This document shows positions 1 through 7,545 of a stretch of 25,853 nucleotides of DNA, piece by piece. This DNA is from a virus. Taxonomy: Duplodnaviria; Caudoviricetes. A program made the translations under genes and the position numbers. The stretch covers positions 1 through 25,853 of IMG/VR virus record IMGVR_UViG_3300037119_003317. One strand, 5' to 3'. Numbering within the stretch: the first letter of the stretch is position 1; the number at the start of each line of letters is the position of its first letter. Below the pieces are notes generated by a model. It saw nothing but the letters and a program-made list of their open reading frames with translations. It was not told the origin of the DNA and made no database searches.

Positions 1-242
1 AGCCTCCTGTCCGCTGCACGCAGGTCCCTTGGTGAGGGCGTGGCTGCCGTAGCCCGTCCAGGCCCCGCATACGGTGCTCCTGGGGCAGGCGCCACCACCT
101 TGCCGGGTCCCGACTGTTCGTGCCCGCACACGAACGCCGTCACCCAGTACTCCTCCTCACCCCACCGCTCCATGCGGCCAGCCGAGAACTCGTCCTCGAT
201 CGTCTTCATCGAGCCGCACTGCTGACAGAAGCCACGCTTCAC
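1..242 (-). CDS. Hypothetical Cys/His protein, partial (runs off the window)
   Basis: GTG at 242 overlaps the upstream stop (GTGA). Manual translation MKRGFCQQCGSMKTIEDEF...VCGHEQ stays open to position 1. Confidence 0.6.
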   Translation of the reverse strand, partial: MKRGFCQQCGSMKTIEDEFSAGRMERWGEEEYWVTAFVCGHEQSGPGKVVAPAPGAPYAGPGRATAATPSPRDLRAADRR

Positions 243-505
243 AGCGCCACCTCACAGACGGCGGTGCCGACAGTGACCAGCACGGGATGGTCGGGATGGA
301 CCACCTGCTGGAAGAACCGCACCTTCTGTACCGGGGACAGTCGCTTCCATGGCGGGATGGCTGCCGCTGGTTCTACGCCCGGGGTCGGGACGTAGATCAC
401 CGCCGCCGTGGTGAAGGCACGGCCTATCTCCCACAGATCCTCGAGCAGCGTCCATGCGGCCAGCAGTTCTGGCTCCAGTCCGGCCACCCATTCCTCCTCT
501 GTCAT
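239..505 (-). CDS. Hypothetical protein (88 aa)
   Basis: 3' part of ORF 239..1465. GAAGGAGGAG RBS precedes ATG at 505, with an ATGA overlap with the ardC-like stop. Confidence 0.7.
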   Translation of the reverse strand: MTEEEWVAGLEPELLAAWTLLEDLWEIGRAFTTAAVIYVPTPGVEPAAAIPPWKRLSPVQKVRFFQQVVHPDHPVLVTVGTAVCEVAL

Positions 506-1347
506 GACTCCTCCTTCGGTGAGCGGGCGAGGATGTGGTCGGCTGCACGTTGAGCAGCACCAGCCGCCACCACCACCGCCCGGTTGTCCTCCTTGATGGT
601 CTTCATCCACGACGCCAGGTACGCCGCCGAGTTGTCGAGCGTGGACTCGATCCCTGCCTCCGCACACAGGAACGAGGCGGTCATCTCCGCGACCAGCTCC
701 TCCCTCCCGTACTCGTGACACCCGAAGGTTGCATCCACCTTCCGGTTGAGCCGGGTCTCGTGCATGGTCGAGTGCCCCATCTCGTGGAACAGGGTCGAGT
801 AGAACTCCTCGGGCTGGGGGTACGCCGAGTGAGGTGGCACCACGATCCGGTCCTGCGACGGGACGTAGAACGCAGCGGTCCCGTACTCGATGGGCGGTGC
901 GTCCGGGTACCCCTTGACGATGGCCTCCGCATCCAGCACCTCCTCGTAGGGATGCGACTCCCGCTCCCGCCACGCCTTGACCCGCTCCGGTTCCGTGACC
1001 CCCTCGGTCTGGTCGAGGTTGAACACGTTGAAGTGACGGAGCAGGAAGATGGTCTTGTCCGGGTCCTCCCGGTCCTTGATCTGGCGCCACAGCACCACCA
1101 TCGTGGACTTCTGGCCCTTGACCACCGATCCCCCTCGGACCCGGGCCTGCTTGTACGTCATCCAGAACGGGGTCGTGTGCCCTGCCATCGCCAGCAGGAT
1201 CAGGTTGATCCCCCGGTACGGCCTCCCGTCCATGTTCTGTGGCCGACCGCTGGCGCCCGACCACGGCTTGCGCCACGGTGCAGTGCCCGCCTCCAGCGCT
1301 GCGAGCACCCGGTCCGTCACCTCCTGGTAGACATCGACCTTGCTCAT
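502..1347 (-). CDS. ardC: ArdC-like antirestriction/ssDNA-binding protein (DUF1738 N-domain plus zincin-like HExxH domain)
   Basis: VYQEVTDRVLAALEAGTAPWRKPW, RPYRGINLILL, WMTYKQA..GGSVVKGQK, FNVFNLDQTEG, YSTLFHEMGHST, YGREELVAEM, SAAYLASW are the ArdC signature motifs. AAGGAGGAG RBS before ATG 1347. Confidence 0.9.
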   Translation of the reverse strand: MSKVDVYQEVTDRVLAALEAGTAPWRKPWSGASGRPQNMDGRPYRGINLILLAMAGHTTPFWMTYKQARVRGGSVVKGQKSTMVVLWRQIKDREDPDKTIFLLRHFNVFNLDQTEGVTEPERVKAWRERESHPYEEVLDAEAIVKGYPDAPPIEYGTAAFYVPSQDRIVVPPHSAYPQPEEFYSTLFHEMGHSTMHETRLNRKVDATFGCHEYGREELVAEMTASFLCAEAGIESTLDNSAAYLASWMKTIKEDNRAVVVAAGAAQRAADHILARSPKEES

Positions 1348-1553
1348 GACTCCTCCTTGACGTTGACGCAGAAGCCGTAGGCCGAAGCCCACCAGACCTC
1401 CATCGGAAGGCCGTCCCGGGTGACATGGGTGATCTCGCCCAGGAGGATCTGGCCGGTGTCGACAATGTGATCCTTGACCAGGTGTCCTGGCTTTCCTGAC
1501 TTGGGGACCCGGACCCTCGTCCAGGTCCACCCCGCTTCCTCGTCGGTACTCAT
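1344..1553 (-). CDS. Hypothetical protein (69 aa)
   Basis: ORF 1344..1619 trimmed to ATG 1553, which follows GAGAAGGG. Stop overlaps the ardC-like start. Confidence 0.7.
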   Translation of the reverse strand: MSTDEEAGWTWTRVRVPKSGKPGHLVKDHIVDTGQILLGEITHVTRDGLPMEVWWASAYGFCVNVKEES

Positions 1554-1696
1554 GACTGTTCCCTTCTCTCGGTTGAGGTTGTTGTTCGGTAGAGCCGTCG
1601 CTCTCCACGCAACACCCACCCACCCTCATAGGCGGATGCTGCATGGGGTACGACGGGTTACCCCGGAGCGGTGACGGTCACCGCTGACGTGTACCG

Positions 1697-1984
1697 CTAG
1701 ATGTCCTCGCGGTCCGATGGGTAGCCGAGGTGCTCGGCAGCCCTGCCCCAGTAGGCGAGCGCCTGGTCGGACTGGTCACCCACCTCCGGCACGTTGTAGA
1801 ACGTGGCCAGGTGGGCGAGCCCCTCGGTGGCACTCCGGTTCATGTCCATCGACCACTCCGCCTTCGCTCCGAGGATCACCCACTGTCGGGCGATGAAGGC
1901 GAGTGCGGGTCCGGGGTCCTCCCGTAGCGCGGCGATGGCTTGTGCGTGGTTCGGGTGAAGCAGCGGTTCCTTGAATGTGGGCAT
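1697..1984 (-). CDS. Hypothetical protein (95 aa)
   Basis: ORF with GAGGAG RBS and coding-like codon usage. Confidence 0.75.
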   Translation of the reverse strand: MPTFKEPLLHPNHAQAIAALREDPGPALAFIARQWVILGAKAEWSMDMNRSATEGLAHLATFYNVPEVGDQSDQALAYWGRAAEHLGYPSDREDI

Positions 1985-1996
1985 TGGTTGCTCCTC

Positions 1997-2011
1997 GATA
2001 AGCGGCTTATC
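1997..2011. promoter_or_regulatory. 15-bp palindrome A, copy 1 (GATAAGCGGCTTATC), putative operator
   Basis: Exact palindrome between a predicted -10 (2029-2034) and the RBS of the gene starting at 1984. Confidence 0.8.
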
Positions 2012-2028
2012 GGTTGGTTGAGTGAGAC

Positions 2029-2058
2029 ATCATACGTCAGGTGAGTCAGCCTTGACCA
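2029..2058 (-). promoter_or_regulatory. Putative leftward SigA-type promoter
   Basis: Minus strand reads TGGTCA-N18-TATGAT, with TGACTCAC in the spacer. Confidence 0.55.
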
Positions 2059-2453
2059 GCCCTCCCTCGGTCGAACGCGGCCAGGTACTTGCGCCGGTAC
2101 GCCTTGACCCAGGCCCGCACCTCATCCGCCGAGTACAGGTACGACGGGGAGTTCCCCCGCTTGCCGTCGACGGACAGCCGAGCCCGTACCTCGGGGAAGG
2201 GTCGTGTTCCGCGAGGCTTGTGCGCCCACGACCAGACGGCGGGCTGGCTGAGGCCGCACCAGTCAGCGATCTGCCCCTCGGTGACCAGACCGTGCTGCTC
2301 CGCGATCTCCGGCTTGATCAGCGCATCCGGGTGCAGGGTGACACCCGGACCCACCATGTGGATGACCGAGTTCGCCATCTGCCGGCCCCTCGACGGGAGA
2401 CCGGGGATCAGGTGGGGTCGGGGCGCGGTCCGCCTGCTCGACGTGTTCCTCAT
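2046..2453 (-). CDS. Helix-turn-helix DNA-binding protein (excisionase/AlpA/MerR-like)
   Basis: LVTEGQIADWCGLSQPAVWSW...PFP...LYSADEVRAWVK fits a winged-HTH pattern. Confidence 0.7.
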   Translation of the reverse strand: MRNTSSRRTAPRPHLIPGLPSRGRQMANSVIHMVGPGVTLHPDALIKPEIAEQHGLVTEGQIADWCGLSQPAVWSWAHKPRGTRPFPEVRARLSVDGKRGNSPSYLYSADEVRAWVKAYRRKYLAAFDRGRAGQG

Positions 2454-2608
2454 GCCTCGTCACCCCAGATCAGATAGGCGAACACGCAGAGCGCTGCGAC
2501 GACGGCACCGAGGACCGCCAACCACAGGCTGAGTTCCCTGCCCCAGACCAGGAAGACAGCGGCGTTGACGATGGCAACGACGCCGTTGACTACGGCGATC
2601 TTGATCAT
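2450..2608 (-). CDS. Small membrane protein (52 aa, two hydrophobic segments)
   Basis: MIKIAVVNGVVAIVNAAVFLVWGRELSLWLAVLGAVVAALCVFAYLIW. ATGA overlaps at both ends. Confidence 0.7.
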   Translation of the reverse strand: MIKIAVVNGVVAIVNAAVFLVWGRELSLWLAVLGAVVAALCVFAYLIWGDEA

Positions 2609-2799
2609 GACGACACCAGCTGAGGCAGCGACGTGACGGCGATGCCGGTGATGGAGTCCTTGCCCATCGCCATCCGCATGGTGAACCCGCGCATGGCCTC
2701 CGCACCATGCCGCTCGCACCACACGGAACCGAACGCCGAGGCGTCTCGGACGACGACGAGCCTTGATGTGGCTGGTCCGCCACAGTGAATGCACTTCAT
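2605..2799 (-). CDS. Small putative Zn-finger protein (64 aa)
   Basis: CIHC...WCERH motifs, GGAG RBS. Confidence 0.7.
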   Translation of the reverse strand: MKCIHCGGPATSRLVVVRDASAFGSVWCERHGAEAMRGFTMRMAMGKDSITGIAVTSLPQLVSS

Positions 2800-2826
2800 G
2801 GTTGCTCCGTTCGTTGAGTGATCTGA

Positions 2827-3258
2827 CTAGGACCTGGCCCGTATCCGAGGCCGACCGTTGGGGTCGGGATACCCGAGGGTGAACTGCTGGGCCAGTGCGA
2901 TGGAGCCGGTCCGCAGGTCATAGGTGACCTCGACCCACCGCTTCGAGAGAGGGAAGGCGCACGCCTTGTACGTGTACACCGGCCACCGCCCCGGTTCGGT
3001 GAGCACACCCTCGGTCTCGAAGTACCTCTCGAGCCTGTCCTTCTTCCATGACAGGTCGAACAGGTAGAACTCCATGTTCCCCACACAGGGCCGGTAGTCC
3101 TGGGCGGGCATCCAGTCCTCCGCCGCCTCCGCCTGGTCGACCGTGGCCATGAGCACCCCGAACATGAAGCCCGCGATCACGAACACCATGATCATGCCGA
3201 GTTTCACCCGGATGGAGTCGAGCAGGTGGATGATCTCGTTGGCCTGGTCCTCGGTCAT
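2827..3258 (-). CDS. Membrane-anchored or secreted hypothetical protein (143 aa)
   Basis: Hydrophobic segment LGMIMVFVIAGFMFGVLMA followed by AEA. RBS and ATGA overlap. Confidence 0.75.
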   Translation of the reverse strand: MTEDQANEIIHLLDSIRVKLGMIMVFVIAGFMFGVLMATVDQAEAAEDWMPAQDYRPCVGNMEFYLFDLSWKKDRLERYFETEGVLTEPGRWPVYTYKACAFPLSKRWVEVTYDLRTGSIALAQQFTLGYPDPNGRPRIRARS

Positions 3259-3965
3259 GACTCCCTCTCCTTCTCCTCGTTGAGCGCCTCATGGATGAGG
3301 GCCAGCGCGTGGGCCAGGTCCGGCGACAGACCCGAGTCCCTGTCCGGCCATACGTCCCGGTTGTTGAGCAGGCTCACGATCTGCTCGACCGAGAGGCTGC
3401 TCGCCACGGTGTCGTTGTCGATGATCTCGTACACCGCCTCGAGGATGGTCCGTGCATCGGACTGACTGATCTGCTGCTGGAAGTCGTACGGGATGAACAC
3501 CGCAGACTCGCAGTCCGATCCGTCAGTGCGGTCGTCCTCCGCGAACCACCACGACTCGACCTGGAAGCCATCACTCTCCTCTGGGTGACGCATGGATGAG
3601 AGGTTGATGGCCTCGGCCAGCCACTTCATCGCCTCCTTGCGACCCCGGGGCGTCTCCACCACCAGCGCCGTGAGGATGACGTGCTCATGGTTGGTCGGGT
3701 CCGGGTCCGGCTCCTCCGGCACCTGCTCCTCCGGCACCTGCTCGATGGTGAAGGACCGGAACAACTGGCCGACCTCCCACCCACCCTGAGCGGTGGCGAT
3801 CTGCCACATCTTGCTCATCAGACCAGCGCGTGGCACGAGGCGTGCTACCACGAACCCGTCCGCGTTGACCTCATCGGACCGGACCTCCACGGGTCCGGCG
3901 TAGGTGCGCTCGAACGAGTGCCCCATGTTGAGCGGTTGTGTGAACCGCAGTCTTGTTCTGCTCAT
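3255..3965 (-). CDS. Hypothetical acidic protein (236 aa)
   Basis: Long ORF, GAAGGG RBS, coupled to the downstream gene. Confidence 0.8.
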   Translation of the reverse strand: MSRTRLRFTQPLNMGHSFERTYAGPVEVRSDEVNADGFVVARLVPRAGLMSKMWQIATAQGGWEVGQLFRSFTIEQVPEEQVPEEPDPDPTNHEHVILTALVVETPRGRKEAMKWLAEAINLSSMRHPEESDGFQVESWWFAEDDRTDGSDCESAVFIPYDFQQQISQSDARTILEAVYEIIDNDTVASSLSVEQIVSLLNNRDVWPDRDSGLSPDLAHALALIHEALNEEKERES

Positions 3966-3983
3966 GACGTTGTTCCCTTCTGC

Positions 3984-4226
3984 CTAGAAGCGGCGATGTT
4001 GGTTGAGTGAACGAAGTTCGTCCCGGATGGACCCGAGCAGCCGTTCCATGCTGGCCCCGAGCATGAGGACCAGCCAGAACGCGGCCTGCGTCCAGTCCCC
4101 GTTGCCTGCGGCGGTGACCATGAGCCACACCAGGTACAGGAACAGACCGAGGTACGCGATGACGCCGATGAAGTACCAGCCTTCCCTGCTCATCCGCCGC
4201 TGGAACCGGGTGTCCGTGGTGCTCAT
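3984..4226 (-). CDS. Membrane protein (80 aa, two TM segments)
   Basis: Two hydrophobic stretches, AAGGAGG RBS, ATGA overlap. Confidence 0.75.
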   Translation of the reverse strand: MSTTDTRFQRRMSREGWYFIGVIAYLGLFLYLVWLMVTAAGNGDWTQAAFWLVLMLGASMERLLGSIRDELRSLNQHRRF

Positions 4227-4567
4227 GACTGGTCCTCCTTCTCTGTCCGTTCGATGAGTGCCCGGGAGTCCGTGCCGATCCCGTTGAGCCAGGCATCCTC
4301 AACGGTGGTGTGGAACGTGACATCGAGACTGGCCTGGCATGACCATCCCGTGTAGCAGCCCGTCCCTCCCTCGAAGGCAGCGATCCTGCCGTCCGACAGG
4401 AGCACGATGGCAGCAAGGTCCGACCCTTCGTCATGGGTCTCGCTGTAGTCGTGCCAGTACGCCGCTCCGCGCACCACCTCCAGGGGCACGAGGTCGATAA
4501 GCCGCTTATCGTGGTAGTCCTCGATCGCTGCCTTGACCTCAGCCAGCACCGCATCCAGGCGCGTCAT
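4223..4567 (-). CDS. Hypothetical protein (114 aa)
   Basis: ORF with GAGGAG RBS and overlaps at both ends. Contains palindrome A internally. Confidence 0.75.
   Translation of the reverse strand: MTRLDAVLAEVKAAIEDYHDKRLIDLVPLEVVRGAAYWHDYSETHDEGSDLAAIVLLSDGRIAAFEGGTGCYTGWSCQASLDVTFHTTVEDAWLNGIGTDSRALIERTEKEDQS
4496..4510. promoter_or_regulatory. 15-bp palindrome A, copy 2 (GATAAGCCGCTTATC), intragenic
   Basis: Exact copy inside CDS 4223-4567, encoding DKRLI. Confidence 0.75.
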
Positions 4568-4638
4568 GACGTGTGACTCCTCGGGATGTAGGGCTTGGGT
4601 GTGGGCTTGGTCGGCGGACGGGGAGGCAGAGTGTTCAT
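4564..4638 (-). CDS. Pro-rich micro-protein (24 aa)
   Basis: MNTLPPRPPTKPTPKPYIPRSHTS, GGAGGGAG RBS, exact ATGA overlaps at both ends. Confidence 0.55.
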   Translation of the reverse strand: MNTLPPRPPTKPTPKPYIPRSHTS

Positions 4639-4787
4639 GACTCCCTCCCGTAGGTGACCTGTGCGTAGGTCCACTGACCGACCGGCAGGTTCTCCGATCC
4701 CCAGGTGGCCGCCGCCTCGTCGGTCTCGAACCCGGCGTGCACCACCGGGGTGTCGTCCGCCGCGTACTCGATGACTGCGTGGTTCAT
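4635..4787 (-). CDS. Hypothetical protein (50 aa)
   Basis: Manual translation MNHAVIEYAADDTPVVHAGFETDEAAATWG..., AAGGAAGG RBS, ATGA overlaps. Confidence 0.7.
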   Translation of the reverse strand: MNHAVIEYAADDTPVVHAGFETDEAAATWGSENLPVGQWTYAQVTYGRES

Positions 4788-4951
4788 GACGCTTCCTTCC
4801 TTGATGCGTTGAGGATGGCCGCGAACGCCGCACCCACCTTGGCCCGACGCTCCGCGTCACGAGCACGACCCTTGAGGATGGCCTGTGCCCGACGCTCGGC
4901 GTCGACCGCCCGCTTGTGAGCGAGCAGCTTGTCGTTGTCGATGTTCTTCAT
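4784..4951 (-). CDS. Basic helical protein (55 aa)
   Basis: Manual translation MKNIDNDKLLAHKRAVDAERRAQAILKGRARDAERRAK..., AAGGAAGG RBS. Confidence 0.7.
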   Translation of the reverse strand: MKNIDNDKLLAHKRAVDAERRAQAILKGRARDAERRAKVGAAFAAILNASRKEAS

Positions 4952-4990
4952 GAGGGTGTTTCCTTCCTTGATTCTTCCTGGTGGATGACC

Positions 4991-5005
4991 GACTAGGACC
5001 TAGTC
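4991..5005. promoter_or_regulatory. 15-bp palindrome B (GACTAGGACCTAGTC)
   Basis: Perfect 7-1-7 palindrome. Identical copy at 24094-24108 and a degenerate copy at 2825-2839. Confidence 0.65.
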
Positions 5006-5165
5006 AGCCTTGGCCCCGTTGAATGACGGGGATGAACGCCGTGCACACGAGCACGAACACGGCAGCGAGCAGCCACACCGCCCGGATCGGATCCCGAGTG
5101 ACCGCGACGAGCGCGAACCCGGAGACGATGACGGCGAGCGCGAGGAGTACCCATGCCGGAGTCAT
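5004..5165 (-). CDS. Small membrane protein (53 aa)
   Basis: Manual translation MTPAWVLLALAVIVSGFALVAVTRDPIRAVWLLAAVFVLVCTAFIPV, AAGGAG RBS. Confidence 0.7.
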   Translation of the reverse strand: MTPAWVLLALAVIVSGFALVAVTRDPIRAVWLLAAVFVLVCTAFIPVIQRGQG

Positions 5166-5440
5166 GACGACTCCTTGTGTGTCTCGTGTGCGGACACCGC
5201 TGCCTCTTGGGTGGCCCGTCGACCCCCGATGGCACCGCAGTAGCAGTACCAGAGCCAGTACGGGGTGACCGGCTCATAGATGGGGGTCTTCCCACCGTGC
5301 TCGGTCGAGTGCCACCCGACCCGCTGCTCGTCGAACATGACCGTGTCCTTGAGCAGGTGGTCCTTCATCGCCTGCTCCCACTCCTCGTTGGACAGCACGA
5401 CCCACCCCTCTTCCGCGAGGACGGCCACCTTGTCCGTCAT
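5162..5440 (-). CDS. Hypothetical protein with C-terminal CxC...HxxH (92 aa)
   Basis: ORF 5162..5449 trimmed to ATG 5440 after AAGGAG. Confidence 0.7.
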   Translation of the reverse strand: MTDKVAVLAEEGWVVLSNEEWEQAMKDHLLKDTVMFDEQRVGWHSTEHGGKTPIYEPVTPYWLWYCYCGAIGGRRATQEAAVSAHETHKESS

Positions 5441-5625
5441 GACCGCCACTCCTTGAGCATGAGCCGTGGACCTCCGGCGATGTAGAGGATCGCCTGCTCC
5501 AGCGTCATGCCCTTGTCCCGGATCAGGTACTCGATCGCCCTGTTCCCGTAGTCGGTCATCTGGAGTCGGTTGCCGTCGCTGAACTTGAACTCAGTGACGG
5601 TCCACTCCGGCGTGACGATCTTCAT
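5437..5625 (-). CDS. Hypothetical protein (62 aa)
   Basis: 3' part of ORF 5437..6150 (MKIVTPEW...), ATGA overlaps. Confidence 0.7.
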   Translation of the reverse strand: MKIVTPEWTVTEFKFSDGNRLQMTDYGNRAIEYLIRDKGMTLEQAILYIAGGPRLMLKEWRS

Positions 5626-5936
5626 GACAGACCCATCCCTTCGTTGAAGCGCTCCTGGTCGATGTGCCTCTGCCAGGGTGAGCGGTGATCCGAGAGGCTC
5701 GGACTTGGTGGCTTGACCTCGACCATGACGACGGCCAGGTCCTCGACCGCGCACGCCACACATCCCGACGGGTCGTCGGGGTGCATCCCGAGACAGTTGG
5801 GGATGCCCGCGTCCATCGCTTCGAGGTGCGCGTTGCCCCGGTACATGACCTCGGGCTCGTCGATCCCGAAGATCATGACGGCGGGCCAGAGTGCGCCCTT
5901 CCATGACTCGACCTTGGACAGGACCCGCGTGGTCAT
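5622..5936 (-). CDS. Hypothetical protein with C..H..CxxC motif (104 aa)
   Basis: 3' part of ORF 5622..6335 (MTTRVLSK...), ATGA overlaps. Confidence 0.65.
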   Translation of the reverse strand: MTTRVLSKVESWKGALWPAVMIFGIDEPEVMYRGNAHLEAMDAGIPNCLGMHPDDPSGCVACAVEDLAVVMVEVKPPSPSLSDHRSPWQRHIDQERFNEGMGLS

Positions 5937-6292
5937 GACGGGACCGTGACGTAGTGCGGGGAGCCGTCGCGGGTGACGTAGTACGACAGCCCGTTCCGGT
6001 TCGAGTCGAAGTTCCATGAGCAGGGCAGCGGACCGGACGAGGCGTCCTCGAACCTGCACGTCGGCAGGTGGGAGTAGCGGACGACGTGACGGGGACCGAC
6101 GACGAGCCGTGACCAGACCGTCCATCCGTGACTGCGGCACCATGCCGCACCCTCGGACCTCGGTGCCTGCCAGGCCTCGTCGCACCCGCCGTAGGGCGGG
6201 ACTGCGTTGGCCGGCTTGGAGTTGGCGAGGGTGAAGATGACCACCACCAGCGCCAGCATGAGGGTGCCGACCACTCGGTTGAATGTGAGCAT
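5933..6292 (-). CDS. Secreted Cys-containing protein (119 aa)
   Basis: Signal-peptide-like N-terminus ending PANA, four Cys, AGGAAG RBS. Confidence 0.75.
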   Translation of the reverse strand: MLTFNRVVGTLMLALVVVIFTLANSKPANAVPPYGGCDEAWQAPRSEGAAWCRSHGWTVWSRLVVGPRHVVRYSHLPTCRFEDASSGPLPCSWNFDSNRNGLSYYVTRDGSPHYVTVPS

Positions 6293-6314
6293 TGGACTCA
6301 CTTCCTATCTGCCC

Positions 6315-6329
6315 GATAAGCGGCTTATC
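6315..6329. promoter_or_regulatory. 15-bp palindrome A, copy 3
   Basis: GATAAGCGGCTTATC, extending to a 25-bp palindrome (6310-6334). Lies just upstream of the RBS of the gene at 6292. Confidence 0.8.
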
Positions 6330-6409
6330 GGGCATCGGTTGTGCAGTGATTGACCGTCAACCACTCGGACCCGTTCGAGCATGGTGTGAGCACGCTCGAA
6401 CAGGACCGG

Positions 6410-6598
6410 CTAGTCACGGGCCAGGTGCATTGCCTCTACTAGCCACTCGCGCCGTCTGGCGGAGTAGGCCTGATCAGCCACGAGCCTTGACGTGGCGATG
6501 TCCATGCCCTGGGCCCGGGCATGGAGGAACGCAACGCGGGCCGCACGCTTGGCGACCCGCGTCGCGGGTGTGTCGTCGTCGCTGACCGGGGAGTGCAT
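6410..6598 (-). CDS. Hypothetical basic protein (62 aa)
   Basis: MHSPVSDDDTPATRVAKRAAR..., TGATG overlap with the upstream gene. Confidence 0.6.
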   Translation of the reverse strand: MHSPVSDDDTPATRVAKRAARVAFLHARAQGMDIATSRLVADQAYSARRREWLVEAMHLARD

Positions 6599-6945
6599 CA
6601 GCGACCCTTGTTCAACTCGGCGGCACGCTCGACGAGCACGGCGCCGACCGATCCCGGGGCGAAGGCGTCGCCCTGGTGGGCGGGCTCGTACCGACGCCGC
6701 AGCATGATCCGTTCGAGTGCGCGTCTCTCGACGGGGCAGGCCTCGCCGTCCATCATGAGGCGGAGCTCCGTCTGGTTGATGGAGTCGTCCACCTGCGCGG
6801 TGTGCTGACCGTCCCCGGGGTATCCGGTTCGGATGCACACACAGTCAGCGGGCCGGTCCTGCCAGGCCTGCCAGTAGTCGGCCACCGTGAGACCGACCGC
6901 CCACAAGGAGTGAACCTTGGGAGCGGCCGGATCCGTGGCGATCAC
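6598..6945 (-). CDS. Hypothetical protein (115 aa)
   Basis: ORF with GTG start in a GTGA overlap. Confidence 0.65.
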   Translation of the reverse strand: MIATDPAAPKVHSLWAVGLTVADYWQAWQDRPADCVCIRTGYPGDGQHTAQVDDSINQTELRLMMDGEACPVERRALERIMLRRRYEPAHQGDAFAPGSVGAVLVERAAELNKGR

Positions 6946-7037
6946 CGGACGAGTCCGATCAGGACGTAGCCGTGCCCGTGGTCGACGGCCAGGATGAGGC
7001 CGAGGACCAGGACGAGCGCGACCATGACGAGCCTCAT
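6942..7037 (-). CDS. Hydrophobic micro-protein (31 aa)
   Basis: MRLVMVALVLVLGLILAVDHGHGYVLIGLVR, 4-bp overlaps at both ends. Confidence 0.55.
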   Translation of the reverse strand: MRLVMVALVLVLGLILAVDHGHGYVLIGLVR

Positions 7038-7189
7038 GACCCGGCCACCACGAGCAGCGCGGCCAGGATGGAGCCGGTCATGGTGGAGAGCAGGGTCCAG
7101 GTCAGACCCTCGCTCTTGTTGATGGTTGCGATCCCGGCCACACCGGAGACACCGGCGATGACCAGGAGCGCGATGAGCATTGCGTTCAT
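7034..7189 (-). CDS. Small membrane protein (51 aa)
   Basis: Manual translation MNAMLIALLVIAGVSGVAGIATINKSEGLTWTLLSTMTGSILAALLVVAGS, GGAG RBS. First gene after the 7285-7314 promoter. Confidence 0.7.
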   Translation of the reverse strand: MNAMLIALLVIAGVSGVAGIATINKSEGLTWTLLSTMTGSILAALLVVAGS

Positions 7190-7214
7190 CGTGTTGCTCC
7201 GATCTGACTCGGTT

Positions 7215-7229
7215 GATAAGCGGCTTATC
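7215..7229. promoter_or_regulatory. 15-bp palindrome A, copy 4
   Basis: GATAAGCGGCTTATC between the promoter and the first RBS. Confidence 0.8.
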
Positions 7230-7284
7230 AGGTGAGTCGGTTGAGGGTGGAGATCGTTCGGGCGGAGTGCTCCCGAACGACACC

Positions 7285-7314
7285 ATTATGCCAGACGTGA
7301 GTCGGGTTAGTCAA
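7285..7314 (-). promoter_or_regulatory. Strong leftward SigA-type promoter
   Basis: TTGACT-N18-CATAAT with an extended TGn element. Confidence 0.75.
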
Positions 7315-7421
7315 GTGGGTCGATAGACATTGAATGGGGGAGGCCGGCGTCGGTTGGTTGGTTGATTGGTCGGCCAGGGCGCACGCGCTCCGCGCAATAT
7401 CGGAGTGTCAGACGATCGTCT

Positions 7422-7436
7422 GATAAGCCGCTTATC
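7422..7436. promoter_or_regulatory. 15-bp palindrome A, copy 5
   Basis: GATAAGCCGCTTATC, overlapping a separate 16-bp palindrome TCAGACGATCGTCTGA (7408-7423). Confidence 0.8.
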
Positions 7437-7464
7437 GGCCAGGTCCAGCTGCTCCGCACGAGGG

Positions 7465-7514
7465 CATAAAGAAAGGCGGGCAGGCTGATCCCATGGGAAT
7501 CAGCCTGCCCGCCT
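7465..7514 (-). terminator. Rho-independent terminator
   Basis: 16-bp stem (7474-7489/7499-7514) followed on the minus strand by TTCTTTATG, just after the stop of gene 7546-8313. Confidence 0.85.
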
Positions 7515-7521
7515 AGGACAG

Positions 7522-7541
7522 GGAAGTCAGTCAGACAGACA
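7522..7541 (+). repeat. 20-bp inverted repeat, left arm (GGAAGTCAGTCAGACAGACA)
   Basis: Exact reverse complement of 8424-8443. Confidence 0.9.
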
Positions 7542-7545
7542 GGGG

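Noticed and set aside
3711-3740. 15-bp tandem duplication
   Set aside because: Simple in-frame EQVPE repeat in a linker.
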